In this document: piece after piece, positions 11,691 to 27,000 of the stretch
Position numbering within the stretch: the stretch's first letter is position 1
How the letters are laid out: each line of letters opens with the position of its first letter
Source: Octopus vulgaris
Lineage: Eukaryota
Reading direction: 5' to 3'
Length of the DNA: 64,000 bases
Assembly (NCBI GenBank): GCA_951406725.2
Contig: OX597814.1
Location: 155,620,001-155,684,000, forward strand
Notes under the pieces: model-generated
Told to the model about the DNA's origin: nothing
Database searches by the model: none
The model's input: the letters and a program-made list of their open reading frames with translations, nothing else
Made by a program: the position numbers and the translations under genes

Positions 11691-14600
11691 ATCAATCAAT
11701 TAAGTTGATTTCAATGGTTGGGCCTGGCTCTCTTTGAATCAACAGATGTGCCTGACAATTTATTGATGCTATTGTTCTTTGGAGAAATCACTGCTAAATT
11801 GGAAGTGAATGATGAAAATGGCTTAAATGGACAGCATGCATAGAAGAGCTACTGGGGAAAACAAGTTGAAATGAGTGGAGCAAACCCTACTAATCTTGCT
11901 TGGAAACAACTGGAACAAGCTTCACTTGATAAGTCTACAAAGGTTCTCGTAGCATAAGAGGTACGAAATCTATAAAATTATACTGTGCCATTCACCACCA
12001 AGAACGTTGCGGAAAAATTCCTATGTGACGTGTGATAATACCAGCTGTTTCAAGAGTAAATTTTATTTAAATGCAACTCCTTAATCACTGCCTGTTCGAA
12101 ACATTTGGGAGGATAATAACTGAAAATAGAGATTCTGTAAGATGGCTTAAGTTGCAGCTGTTATCTTGAGTTGTTTTTTTAACTCCTGATACAGAATGAC
12201 ACTTTTTTTTAAAGTGAGAAATCTCGTGTCCAGCTACTAGACTTACGCATCTTAACAAGTTCAAAATTAAATTAGGGGATATATGACGTATTCTTTGGGG
12301 AGCTTTTCGACAGATACTTAACATTTTCTCACCACCATCTAAGGATAATTATCTTCAGCTACTTTCCCTACAGCCATAAAGCAGTAAATACCGCGCATTC
12401 TTTTCAAATTTGCTCAAGATCTTTTCTCTAGTCTAAAGCTAAAATATTAACAGCATTTTTCAAAGCATTACCAACTTTCGAAATTTATATGACTGCATTA
12501 TCGAGGATCTTCCATCAGATATTGAGTTGGAATATACTAATCTTCAGACAAATCACGTACCTAAAACAGAGTAAAAGAGAAAACTTGTTTGACTTTCAAA
12601 CTTCTTGAAGGACGAGAAGATGCTTCTATAAAATCGTTTGCTCGAGCATGGATTTCAGAACTGGGTGCTACCTTTTAATGTTAAAAACTATAAAATTTGA
12701 AAACAAATTTCACATGTTATCCCTCTACTAGAACAAGAATTTCATACTTTTTATTGATTGACATTGTCTGAAAGTTTCTGAAAATATATGTACACCTTTG
12801 AAAAAGAACCTTAGCGTAACTTTAATTAAAACTCTTTCTGTAACTATGTATGATCATGAGATTTTAATTCGCATTGGCATACGGAACATAAGAAATGTTC
12901 CTATCTAGCCTATCTGTAGAAAATTTGATGTCTCCTATTCTATGTGACCTCATGAACCTCTAGAAATAGTAAACCAAATATACTGCAAAAGACACTCTAT
13001 ATGCTCTTCACAAACCAACATATTAGACTCTAGAAAAGTAAGCTTGAATCGTGAGAGCAATGCACAAGTATTTTCTTGCGTTAAGCCATATGAAAATAGT
13101 TTTGAAGCTTCTAACTGATTTCATTAGACTGTGTTAAAATGCTTCATTTAGTTTGTGTTAATGTATTTAATTCAGGGAGGATTAGCAATCTAAGTAGAGA
13201 AACTCTGCTGCAAAACAGAATATTATTTAATCTTGTGTTGATATTCTTTTGAAGAACTGCAGAATAATATTGAACAGGATTTTCTACTATGAGAACTCGT
13301 AAAACATAAATTTCACTGAGCTTTACGAATTTGTGAGGAAATTATCACAAAACAGATGTACTAAAATTGTACAGCTGATGGCGAAGTATAGTTTTCTAAC
13401 ATTTCTTGCATTTATTATATTAACACTAACTTGACTATTGTAATTTATTCTGAGAACATCCGAATTTTTCACACACGTTTGTGTTGAATATAACAGTGGA
13501 GTTTACTGGTCTGAATATTAACTTTGGAGGTGCAATGTTTGATTTGCAAATCTCCCAGTTGATGTTTTTGTTATATTTGAGAAATTGTGTGAAGTGTAAT
13601 CAGCACAAGTTGGTCTAACAAGCGTTAGAATTCTTAAGACTATCTTTTCTCAGATTCGAAATTAGGCTAATTTCACAGTTTCGATATGAGTAGAAGAAAA
13701 TATCAGTCACTGTAATAATCCCTTCAAGTACTAGTTGCTTTACGTGTATGTTTATAATTTTGTAGGTCACTGGGTCTTTTGTGTCATTTCTAATCGTATC
13801 TGAAAAGGAAAAATGTTGAGGTTGTTAAAATTGGTGGAAGGTGTTTATGTAGTTCTTATGATTTTGTTATGTTTATGAGACATTAAATAAGAGAGTTAAT
13901 CTATTTTTTTAATGTAGGTGTTTTCTTTGCAGTCTTTTATTGTCACTTCAGGTGTAGCGTAAGAGCTTTGTTGATAAGGCTGGTGATTACCTGTAGCATT
14001 ATATTATTTGCACAGTGTTGTATATTGGATTAAACTACTTACTTGTGTCCAGCTATAATAACTTACATTTCATTGTTTCTTGTTATTTGTTTGTTACCGG
14101 AGGCAGCATGTGTGGTACTCTTTTGTGGTAGATTTTTTTGTTCATTTACAGGTTATTCTTAATCGAACGAATATATGACCGTAGGTCTTCTAGTACTCAT
14201 GTCCCTACCATCATATATTCAGACTTAGTGTTCAATAACATCAGTTGAATTAACATTTTAACACTTCGGCAGTGAAAGTTAAAGCAATCTCTTAATCATC
14301 CTGATCACGACACTATCTAGATGCCCACTTATATGTTGTGCGTTTTCCTGTGGCATATACTAAAGAGATAGTTAAAGAGATATTAAAGAGATAGTTAAAG
14401 AGAATGCTGGAGCTGGTTAGGCGTTATTTGAAGTTAGATACACTAATGACTTTTGCCCTTCTATTGTTCTGTTTTATGTTGGAATATGGCCTCGATATTT
14501 ATATTACTATCGGTGTTTGTCCACTTTGTTTCAGTTGTGTCTTTTCAACTTTGGCTCTATATTAAAGGTTCCATACACTCATGTATGTCTTTCAGATACA

Positions 14601-14874
14601 TTGTAGCCAGGATAACATTATTATCGTGTCACTGCCATTTAAAGACAGACAGCTGGATTTCAGAAATATTTGACAACAAATACTTGCTGGTACATGCATC
14701 AGTGGTACTTTCCCTCATTCTCTCTCTCTTTCTCTCTCAAGTACATTGAACGCAACGCAGCCTTATCCACAGAAAGTTATTCTCTCCCTTTCTCTCTCTC
14801 TCCCTCTCTCTCTCTCCCTCTCTCTCTATATATATATAAATATATATACATATATATATATATTTATATATATA

Positions 14875-15015
14875 GTGAGAATTTACAAAAAACAAAAGAC
14901 GAAGACGGGTGTGTAAACAACAAACAGATGTATTAGTTTAAAGCTCGGGTAGTGAGAAAGTCTTTTACGTTTCGAGCCTACACTCTTCAATAGAAAGGAA
15001 CACACAAATAAACAG
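14875..15015 (-). mobile_element. Penelope-like terminal fragment with degenerate hammerhead fold (14960-14997)
   Basis: Minus strand CTTT-CTATTGA-a-GAGT-gtag-GCTC-GAAAC-GTA-AAAG, adjacent to (TA)n. Confidence 0.5.
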
Positions 15016-15155
15016 GGTACCTTTGGATGTACCTTTGGATGTTATATGCAGAACTATGAATTCATTGTAGCAGACTGAAATGAATTGATAGGCCTGCATT
15101 TCTGCTGAAATGAACTGATACGTTCACATACAACATCTATAGGTACATCTTTTTT

Positions 15156-15254
15156 CTTCTCTGATGAAATTATACTCATGTCACATAAATGTAAATTTAA
15201 TGTACAAATTTTGTAATTAAATTAATGAGTATTAATTGAAACGGCGGTAAGAAG
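15156..15254 (+). ncRNA. Type I hammerhead ribozyme with extended stem II
   Basis: CTTCT-CTGATGA-AATTATACTCAT...ATGAGTATTAATT-GAAAC-GGCG-GTA-AGAAG. Intact core, 5-bp stem I, about 12-bp stem II, GUA triplet. Confidence 0.75.
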
Positions 15255-15396
15255 CGAAGACAACCAATTTGTTAATGATAATTATTAACTTCTTTGTCTC
15301 CATTTTCCTTTCTTCATTTAAATGGATATAAACTATATGCTTTATATATACATACATACATACATACAAACAAACATACATACATAAATAAATAAA

Positions 15397-16809
<1,413 letters not shown>

Positions 16810-16870
16810 TATGTGTGTGTGTGGTGTGTGTGTATGCATGTATATATTTGCGTGCATACATACCTATATG

Positions 16871-16901
<31 letters not shown>

Positions 16902-19077
16902 TTATGTATGTATATATTGGCCAACTTTTATCACACAGTTGTCACCTGAGATTATGGAATACTTGAAACTGGTAATTGCCGATGTAACTATTTATTCACT
17001 TAATTTAGTAATATAATGTCATATTATGGATTAGATGGTGTTAGTTCTTGTAAAAGTATTATTGAATCTAATATATTCCAAATAAATACTTAGCTACAGA
17101 CTGTACTGACTACATTATATGAAATATATTTTCCCTGTGGTTCCTTTTAAGGAAGTGGTTTATTACCTGCGAGAATTCGATTTTGAGGTTATGGAGATAT
17201 TAATTGCATTACTTCCTATAAACTTATAATTTTGCTATAATAGAAGATGACAGCAACCACTTAGGATAATTTAACACAATTAGTGTGTTTCTATCTTCAA
17301 GGGACCGTATGTTTTATTTTTATAAATATATCATATTCAATGTGATTTTGTACATATACTATGAAGAAAATTGCTAATTTTTGTTCTTAAACTGTGTGTA
17401 TGTCAACGCATAGTCATACTTACACTTGAATGTTAAACGCTTACCATTTCGGTATATAGGTTTCTATTCTTATGTTATATATGTAGTATTGACACTCAGT
17501 ATAAATCTACGGTACTTTAAAATTGCTCTAAAACAGATATAGAATTCTTAATATGCAATAAACCCAAGTATTTTGAGAAACTAGCATTTACTACTCTAAA
17601 ATATATAAGAAAGGTCAAAAACCTACTAAAGAGATTATATATATAGTCTGTGTATGTATGTATATACATATATACATACATAAATACATAAATACATACA
17701 TACATACATGCACACATACATACATACATAAGCGAATATTATTCTTTGATATGCTATTTACAACAATTTTAATGCCAGTGGCTTTCTTACTGAAATTTAG
17801 TGTATACATAATTCGACAGGAGGTTTTTTTTTATTTAGGGTTCTTAATAAGACAAATACAATTTTTTTCCAAAATTATTCCATTAGATAGTTGTTCGTTT
17901 TTTTCATTTTCTGTTTAAACTGCATTACCAATTATTTGTCGTGTGAATGTTTCTGCATAAATATTACTTGTGATTGGTAATATACTTTTATGTAAAAAAA
18001 AATAAAGCTGCCAAATGTATACATAAATATTTCCAATGACTGATACATAATTCCAGTGCAAATGGATTTGTGAATAGGAATACGCATCTAACTTAAATTA
18101 AGGGAGATGTTTAATATTACTAATAGGTGATACGTCACAAACATACAAAGAGACTTATGTCATGTTTCACGTTAATATTTGTCTTCGATTTTTCTCTCGA
18201 GGAGAGGAAAAACTGCTACTGAGATAGCTAATTGTTAACAGAGTTTAAGTAGATATGTGTAGGAATGAATGAAAATTTCTTGAATTCTGCAGACACATTT
18301 ATGATAGCAGCCTTTTAAATGTGTGAAACAAGATTTAAAAAAAATATATATCAGTTATTCATAAACCTTATACTACATGTGATTATATACTGCGCGAAAT
18401 TCTAATAAAAATATAGTAACCATAAAACCGATAGATAATATATAGCACATTGTTGTAAGCTTAAGTTAGCAGTTAATAAAACAGATTTTAAGCTATGGCA
18501 TAGAAAGATACGATGCTTTTTCAATGATTATATTAATGATGATAGAATCCAAGTGTTAAAGAAATGCTTGACTATTGATAAGAGTTACGTCTGTTAGGAA
18601 GAGACTGAGCCACGTATATTTTATCTAATACAAAATCTTCCAGAGAATATACTCAAATAAACTGAAAATTCAGTAGCCGCTTTACATTGCTATTTCACTC
18701 ATACAACCTATATGAGCTCAATATTGAAGATATTATATTGAATAAGAATAACTTCATTTGCTTGGATTGAAATGTGCATAAACAAATTGCCTAACAACGA
18801 CACTTGATTATCGTATTTCTATATTTGTTACCATGAGCTAATATCACCTACAGTGTTGTGAATGTTGCTTTCAGACAATGCTTATATTATGTGCATCTAA
18901 GATTTGTTATTTGCTTCACTTATAGTATTTGCTCATTTTGTAATGGAAATAGATACAAATTCTGTCATCCGTATTTCTACTGCCAAAGTATCTGCTCATA
19001 TTTTGAATTCGACTATAGGATGTTAAATAAATTTTCGATGATTTTTCATAATGTTCTTACTGATGTTGTTGTAGTTG

Positions 19078-19157
<80 letters not shown>

Positions 19158-19160
<3 letters not shown>

Positions 19161-21116
19161 TAGTTTTATTTTTATAGCGTGCTTTCACTTCACTACCGAG
19201 CGCAGCTCTGTGTGCCTTGGGTATGTGCAGTGATTTGCTGTGATGGTTATTGTATGGAAAGTATTCTGCGTAGGATGTGTGCAGTGCCTAGTAGTGCAAT
19301 TATCTGTATGTTATATGTGGTTGTAAGTCCTGGTGTTTTTGTTATGCATTTGTCTGAGTATTTTTCATCATGCCTAACGCACCTACTATAATAGGAATTG
19401 TTTCTGTTTTTAGATTCCACATTCTGGTTATCTCTATTTCCAGGTCTTTGTATTTTGAAAGTTTCTCCATTTCTTTTAGAGACACGTTGTCATCTGCCGG
19501 TATTGATACATCAATTAGAAAGCATTTTTTCTTCATGATCTCTGACAACTATATCTGGTCTGTTGGCCTTAATTTCTCTATCTGTGTGTATCAGCATATC
19601 CCAGAGTATGGTTGCTTTCTCGTTTTCTGTGGCCTTTTCTGGTGTGTGCCTATAACATCATTTTTCTGTTGTTATTCCAAAATGTTGGCATAGCTTCCAG
19701 TGTATGTAGGTTCCAACTCTGTCATGTCTGCGAATATATTCTTTCTTAGCCAGGACTGGGCAGCCAGAGATAATATGATTTATTGTTTCTTGTCCATCTC
19801 CACATATTCTGCAGTTACTTGTTATATTTCTTTTCATTACATGTTTTTGGTAATCTCTGGTGGGGAGGCTTTGGTCTTGTGCTGCAATTAAAAATCCTTC
19901 TGTCTCTGCTTTGAGTCCTGAGCTTCTCAACCATTGCTGGGATTGTTTTTGTCTATTTATTTTGCATTTAGTTTGGTCCAGTATTTACCATGCAGTGGCT
20001 TTTCTTGCCATTGTTTTATCATGGTTCTTTGCTGTTCTAGTTTTAGTTTGGATTTCATTTGTTTTATAGCTTTTGTTGTTTCTTCATCTTTTTCTTCTTC
20101 ATCTTCATATTTATTAGGTGGCATGATTTCTTGTTTGTATTTGTCAGCTACCTTAAATACTGAGAACAGTTTTTTTGTTTTGCTCGTGTTTTGCCGCTAT
20201 TTGTATCAGTTTTCCTTCCTTCTGAAGTAGATATTTTTGCAGTCCTATGGTGGTTATTTTATAGTAGTTTTCCAGTTGTATAAGGCCTCTACTACCTTCT
20301 ATACGTTGTATATATAGTCTTTCTACGTCAGATTTTGGGTGATGCATCCTAGATCCTGTCATCATCTTTCTTGTTTTCCTATCTATTTTGGTCAGTTCAT
20401 TTCGTGTCCAGTTAAGGATATTGTAGCTGTAACTTATAACTGGGACAGCTAAAGTGTTGATACCTATTATCTTGTTTTTAGCATTGAGCTCCGTGTTTAG
20501 TATTGATCTAACTCGTCTATAATATTCTTTTTTTATTTTCTCTTTCATTTGTGTGTGTTGTGTCTTATCTAGTTCATGGATTCCTAAGTATTTGTAAGTT
20601 TGGCTTTGGTCTCATTCTTTTATTTCATTGGTTTTATCTAGTATAATGTTGCTACTCTTAACTAGTTTTCCTCTTTTCATGGTTACTTTGGCGCATTTTC
20701 TAATCCAAATTTCATATCTATTTCTTTGGTAAATCCATGAACTGTCTTTAATAGTGTTTCCAGCTGTTTGTCATTTGCAGCGTATAGTTTTAGGTCATCC
20801 ATATATAAAAGGTGGCTGATCGTTTTGCCGTAACCTTTATATCCGCATCCAGTTCTATTTAGCATATCAGATAGAGGTGACAGTGCCAAGCAGAAAAGGA
20901 GTGGAGAGAGCATGTCTGCCTGGAATATTCCTCTTCTAATGGCGATGGCTTTGGTTTTCATGAGTCTCTCTTTTGTTTGGAGCTGTAGCACTGTTTGCCA
21001 TTTATTCATAGAGTGTCATATGAATTTTATAATTGTTGGTGCTACTTTGTTAATGGCTAATGTTTCGAGGATCCATGTGTGGGGGATGCTATCAAACGCC
21101 TTTTTGTAGTCGATCC
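19158..21116 (-). mobile_element. R4/Dong-clade retrotransposon (family B), 5'-truncated, frameshifted, flanked by (TAA)n on both sides
   Basis: IDYKKAFDSIPH, GIFQADMLSPLLF, LLYMDDLKLY, CRICGDGQETINHIISGC, RRHD, LIDVSIP, KLSKYKDL. Confidence 0.95.
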
Positions 21117-21209
<93 letters not shown>

Positions 21210-21210
<1 letters not shown>

Positions 21211-21819
21211 TCAGTAGTCTTATTACTCAGTAGTCTTATTTTTATAACGTGCATTCACTGCACTACCGAGCCCAGCTCTATGTGCAGTTCCTAGTAGTGC
21301 TATTTTCTGTAGGTTGTATATATTTGTAAGTCCTGGTGTTTTTCTTATGTATTTCTCTGGATATTTTTTATCATACCTAACGTGCCCACTATGATAGGAA
21401 TTGTTTCTGTTTTTAGACTCTACATTCGAGTTACCTCTATTTCCAGGTCTTTGTATTTTGAAAGTTTCTCCATTTCTTTTAGAGAAACGTGGTCATCTGT
21501 TGGTATTGATTCATCGATTAGAAAGCATTTTTTTCTTCCTGAGCTCTGACAAGTGTATCTCGCATATTGGCCTTAATTTCTTTATCTGTGTGCATTGGCA
21601 TATTCCATAGTATTGTTGCATTGTCATTTTCTCTGACCATCTCTGGCGCGTGCCTATACAATCTTTTTTCCTGCTGTTATTCCATAGTGTTGGCATAGTT
21701 TCCAGTGTATGTAGGTCTCGACTCTGTTGTGTCTGTGAATATATTCCTTCTTAGCCAGGACTGGGCAGCCAAAGACAATATGATTTATTGTTTCTCGTCC
21801 ATCTCTACATATTCTGCAT
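21210..21819 (-). mobile_element. Second, more decayed Dong family B 3' fragment
   Basis: Colinear similarity to 19160-19815 (zinc knuckle, RLE, 3' UTR); (TAA)n tail. Confidence 0.9.
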
Positions 21820-22421
21820 TGTAGCCGTCAGCCTGGCAAGCCACGCTTGTCCTCGATCCATGAATTCTATAAGAAAAAAGGAAACACATAATAATTTTTT
21901 TGCACCTTTAACATCGTGGACAACACGTTATTTGTTGTTGAGTGGTGAGTTTATTTTCCTATTTTGTTCCCCAGCTTTGGAGGACAGGACGATTCTTTTT
22001 GTTTCTTTAATCAAAGTTGTGTGCGTTTTCCCTACCAACATGGAGAAAACACAAAACACGGCGACACTCATGTGTGAGAGTGATGGAGAAAACGAGGGGT
22101 ATCCCAAAGCTTATGAGAGAGGGTGGATGCATGCGAAGAGACTTCGGTCTGAAATACAAAACAGACGATAGTCGTATTTCTCCGCCCCCCCCCCCCCATC
22201 AAATAAATGAACAAAAAGGACAACGGAGCCAATATTTTCAATGATGATCACTCAGAAGATCGTTTGAAAAGCTAAGATTCTGTTTTTAACAATATTTTGC
22301 GAAGAGAAAACATTAACTTCGAAAATGTAATTGGCGAAAGCCCTTCCGTGAGCGAAGTAGCAGATGAGTTGACTGCAAATAACAACAGCAAGAAGAAGAC
22401 GAAGAAGAAGAAGAAGAAGAA

Positions 22422-22452
<31 letters not shown>

Positions 22453-22719
22453 TAGTAGTAGTAGTTGTAGTAGTAGTAGTGGGAAAAGAAGAAGAACAAC
22501 AACAACAACATCGGCACCATCAACAACCACAACAAAACCAATAACAAAGGTGACAACAGCAATAACAAAACCAACAAAGGCATCAACAATAATGACAAAG
22601 ACAATGAAAGAGCTAAGACCCAAATCATTACAACGGCTTGGTAGTACCTTTCAAAGCTTTCTTTTGCTAGAGTAACTAAATAATCTCTCCAGAAAATATA
22701 ATTCTCAGAACTTAAATAT

Positions 22720-23925
22720 GCTAGACAGCTTGTCGAGAGAGATAGACTAGCTGTAAAGTTGGATACCTCACCTGAGACAAACCAAGCCACGATACGTCGC
22801 ACAGTGACGTACCGTACAGTCCGGTTAAAGTCATGGAGGGTGGAAAGAGCTACAGAGGCCCCAATAAAACAAGTTTTAGCTTCCGTCTGGAATCTAAAGG
22901 AATATATACAGGGAGTAATTGCCCATGGAATGGTGGACGTTCGACTCCACGCCGAAGAAGAAGCCAAACATCACTCTCTAACTCCTCTCAAATGGGAGAA
23001 GCTGTTGCTAATTCCTTACTGCTGCCGTCAGAGACTGGCAAAAATTACAATCCAGCAGGTGCCGCCATAAAGTCATTCAATGGCTAATTGCGGCAGTGGT
23101 GATAGACATTGAGGAAAACTCGAAAATCCTCGAAGCCTATCAGACAAAAAAGGAAAACTGGTCTGGGATGACCACAGAGCTCCTCCTCATTCAAACAACA
23201 CAAAATAATGTGAATCTCATCCCACACCAGATACTTCTTCTTGGAGGCAGCATAATTCCTGTCAGAGTTGATGGAAGGAAAACAAAGTGTTGCATTTCAT
23301 TTAAACATTTCAAAACTGATTGTTCCAAGCTAAACGAAAAAGAGAGACGGGCACCTTCCCTCTCTACACCAACAACGGCCATCAGAACATCTGAGACAAA
23401 AGCAGCAGCGCCATCACCATCAGCAGATTCAGCCATATCACCACCAACACCGACACCAACAACTATACCTATACCGAGTTCACCCAAACACTTCTCTGCG
23501 TCCGAAGATGTTCCACTTTCCGATGCGGAGCGGGTGGACATCACAGCTGGAGAGACGGGCCGAAATGAAGACTGGCAGTTAAAAGCAAAGACGTAAACGT
23601 GACAGAAGGAAAATTTACATATGGACAAAAAACAACAATCCTCATCCACACAAGATATAGAAAGGAAAAAAATCAAAACAACAAATACAAGCACGCCAAT
23701 AACAAACACTGCATCGATACCATTACCTCTAACACCTGAAACACAAGCCATTCCTCACACGCAACAACAACAATTACAACATGTTTTATATTTGACGGAT
23801 ATTTGTGCTCATCTTGTTTGTTGTAAACTCTGCGTTTTGGCTGATATACTCTCCAGCGTTCATCAGGTGTCTTGGGGAACATTCGAGCCTGGGTTCTCAT
23901 TCCCAAAGTATTTTTCGATCTTCTT
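22720..23925 (+). pseudogene. L1/Tx1-type ORF1 (RRM-like region plus degenerate zinc knuckle), disrupted; probably continues at 27827-27907
   Basis: Peptides RRTVTYRT, EEEAKHHSLTPLKWEKLLLIPYCCRQRLAKITIQQVPP and VRVDGRKTKCCISFKHFKTDC align by eye with ORF 42553-43689. Stops and frameshifts present. Confidence 0.75.
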
Positions 23926-23944
23926 CTTCTTCTTCTTCTTCTTC

Positions 23945-24019
<75 letters not shown>

Positions 24020-24020
<1 letters not shown>

Positions 24021-27000
24021 TTTTTTTTTCTTCTTTCAAATTTTCTTCCATTTCTTGCCGAGTGTCTTCCCGACTCCTAGGGCAAAGAAACTCATAGTGT
24101 ATATTGGTAGGCCATTAAACCAAACTCAGTAGTTCGTTCATTTTTTTTTTTTTTTTTTTTTAAAGTTAAATTAAAATTAAAATACATGAGCAGCAACAGT
24201 TCTCACATCGACAATGCTCTTCTCAATACGTGTGATGTACCAGTTAAGACAATCTTTTGCACTTCTTGCAGGGATGGTAAGCCAGGGATCATTCTCATAT
24301 AATTTTCGGTTCCCTTCTTGATCATTCCTAGTGCTCCTACGATCACTGGTATTGTAACCGCCTTGAGATGCCACATTTTCTCAATTTCAATGAGTAGGTC
24401 TTTATATTTTCTGAGCTTGTCAAACTCTTTCGCTGAGATATTATGATCACAGGGGATGCTCATGTCGATCAATAAGCAAACTTTATTGTTTTGGTCTTTC
24501 ACAACAATATCTGGTTTATTGGCCTTGATGGTTCGGTCTGTATGTACTGGAAAGTCCCACAGAATGGTTACATTTTCTCCTTCAGTTACAGCCTCAGGGT
24601 GGTGATTATACCACTTGTCGGCAGTTTTGATATTGTAATGCCGACTTATTAGCCAGTGGAGATATTGGCCAACTCTGTCATGTCTTAATTTATACTCTAC
24701 TGGTGCTAAGACTTTACATCCAGAGATTAGGTGGTCCACTGTTTCAATCATGTCGTTGCAGAATCGGCATTTTGGGTCTGCTCCATTTTTCATCACATTG
24801 GCCTGGTAGTTCCGGGTTAATAGGCTTTGGTCTTGAGCAGCCAGGATGAAACCTTCGCTCTCTGCTTTTAGCCCTGAGCTCCGCAGCCACTGATGGGTTT
24901 GCTTCTGGTCAACATCAGCTTGTTTGCTGCGGGTCACATATTTGCCGTGCAGAGGTTTCTCCTCCCACCTATCAGCCAATTGCTCGTGCGCTTTTTTCAT
25001 TGCCATCATTTTCACCTTCTTTGCAGCAATAGTTGCCGTACTTCCCTCGGTTTGTTCAGTTTGGGTATCCTGCACGAGATCAATAGCAAATTTTTTGCTT
25101 TCCTTGATGATAGAATGAAGCTTCTTTCGTCTCTCGTGATTTTCCACGAGCTTTAGCATCCAGTCATTCGATATTTCGAGATATTCGGCCAGTCCAATTG
25201 TAGTTGTTTTGTAAGCTAGTTCAAATTGGATCAGGCCTCGACCTCCTTGGGCTCTGGGAAGGTAAAGGCGATCTACGTCTGCCTTTGGGTGGTGCATCCT
25301 ATTACAACTCAGCAGCTTGCGTATTTTTCTATCTATATTCTTTACTTCACTCATATTCCAGTTCAACACATTGTAGCTATAAGTAACAACTGGAACTGCT
25401 AAGGAATTTATAGCTAACACCTTGTTACGTGCATTTAGTTCAGATTTCAGGACTGCACGAACTCTCCTATAACATTCCTTCCTGATTTTCTCTTTCATGC
25501 TTGCATGCTGAATACCAGAGCCTTCATTTATCCCTAAATATTTGTATGTCTGTTCTTGCTCAAGCTCTCTTATGACTGTGTCAACATCTAACACGACTGA
25601 ATTTGTGGTCTTCACTTTCCCTTTCTGGAAAGTGGCCTTGGCACACTTCTCAAGTCCAAACTCCATCCCGATGTCATCGCTGAATGCTTTCACGGTGCGC
25701 AATAGGCCTTCAAGTTCATTATTGTCTTTACCATAAAGTTTTAAGTCATCCATATAAAATAGATGGCTTATTTTTTTATTGGCAATTTTATACCCATACC
25801 CTGTTCTGTTTAATTCACTTGTAAGGGGTATTAGGGCTATGCAGAATATTAAAGGTGAAAGTGAGTCACCTTGAAAAATTCCACAGTTGATGTTTATATT
25901 TTCTGAGGCAAGTACTCCATTAGAGTGGTATAATTGGAGATTCGTATTCCACAACGACATATTGTGCTTCAGGAAGTTTGAAATCACAGGGGAAATTTTA
26001 AAGATGTCCAGCGATCTCAAGATCCATGGATGCGGTATACTGTCGAAGGCCTTTTTATAGTCAATCCATGCGGTGCTGAGATTTCTGCGCTTGTTGTGAC
26101 AGTTCTCAAGGATCATACGATTGATTAGCAGTTGATCTTTGCATCCGTAAGAGCCTCGGCGGCACCCTTTTTGTTCAATGGGGAAAATATCGTTCTTCTC
26201 CATGAATGCATATGTTTTCTCCGCCAGGATAGATGTTAGGATTTTATACGTGGTGGATAGACAGGTTATAGGCCGATAGTTTTTTGGAAGGTTGGTTTCG
26301 TTATTCTTTGGGAGTAGGTAAGTAATGCCACTTGCTAACCATTCAGGTGTTTTCTTTGGGTCTCTCAAAATTCCATTGAGCAGCTGAACTAGCTTACCGT
26401 GTGCGCACGGGAGCGATGCGAGCCAGAAATTCGGCACCCTATCTTTACCGGGGGATTTCCAATTATGGGCCTTCGTGAGTGCCTTTCTTAGGTCTGCTAT
26501 TGTGATGTCTTCCCATGCTTGTTGTTGTAAATTTTGGTAGGATCCTTCAGTTTGTATAATCCAGTCTGCATTTATGTTGTACGTCTTCTTGTCACTCCAG
26601 ATCCTTTCCCAAAAGTTTTGAACTTCTTCCATGGGAGGGGGGTCTTTAACGGTTACTTTCTCCTTCCCTATTTCTCTATAGAATTTTTTGGCATTGGATG
26701 TGAACAGCTTATTTTGCTTGTAAAACTTGTTTCTCTTCTCAAATCTTCGTATTCTTTGGGCTTTTGCTTGGACTTTTTGTTTCAGCGTTTCTTTTATTGA
26801 TATCAGTTCTTCTCTTGGTGAGGATCCAAATTTTCTCTTCATCTTTCTTCCTGTTCTGGATCTTACATCATTTCCACATATTAGTTCATTTAATATTGAT
26901 ATTTCCCCTCTCATAAATTCAATCTCTGTTTCAATTTTACTTCTCCAGGTTTGATTTCTTCCCAGGTTTTGTTTTCTTTGTTTTTTCGGGGGCATACAGC

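Noticed and set aside
16940-16985. CCTGAGA...GAAACTGGTA hammerhead-like remnant
   Set aside because: Core is incomplete and stems do not pair convincingly.
22272-23751. Minus-strand ORFs of 231 and 186 aa
   Set aside because: Antisense shadows of the ORF1 remnant and simple repeats.
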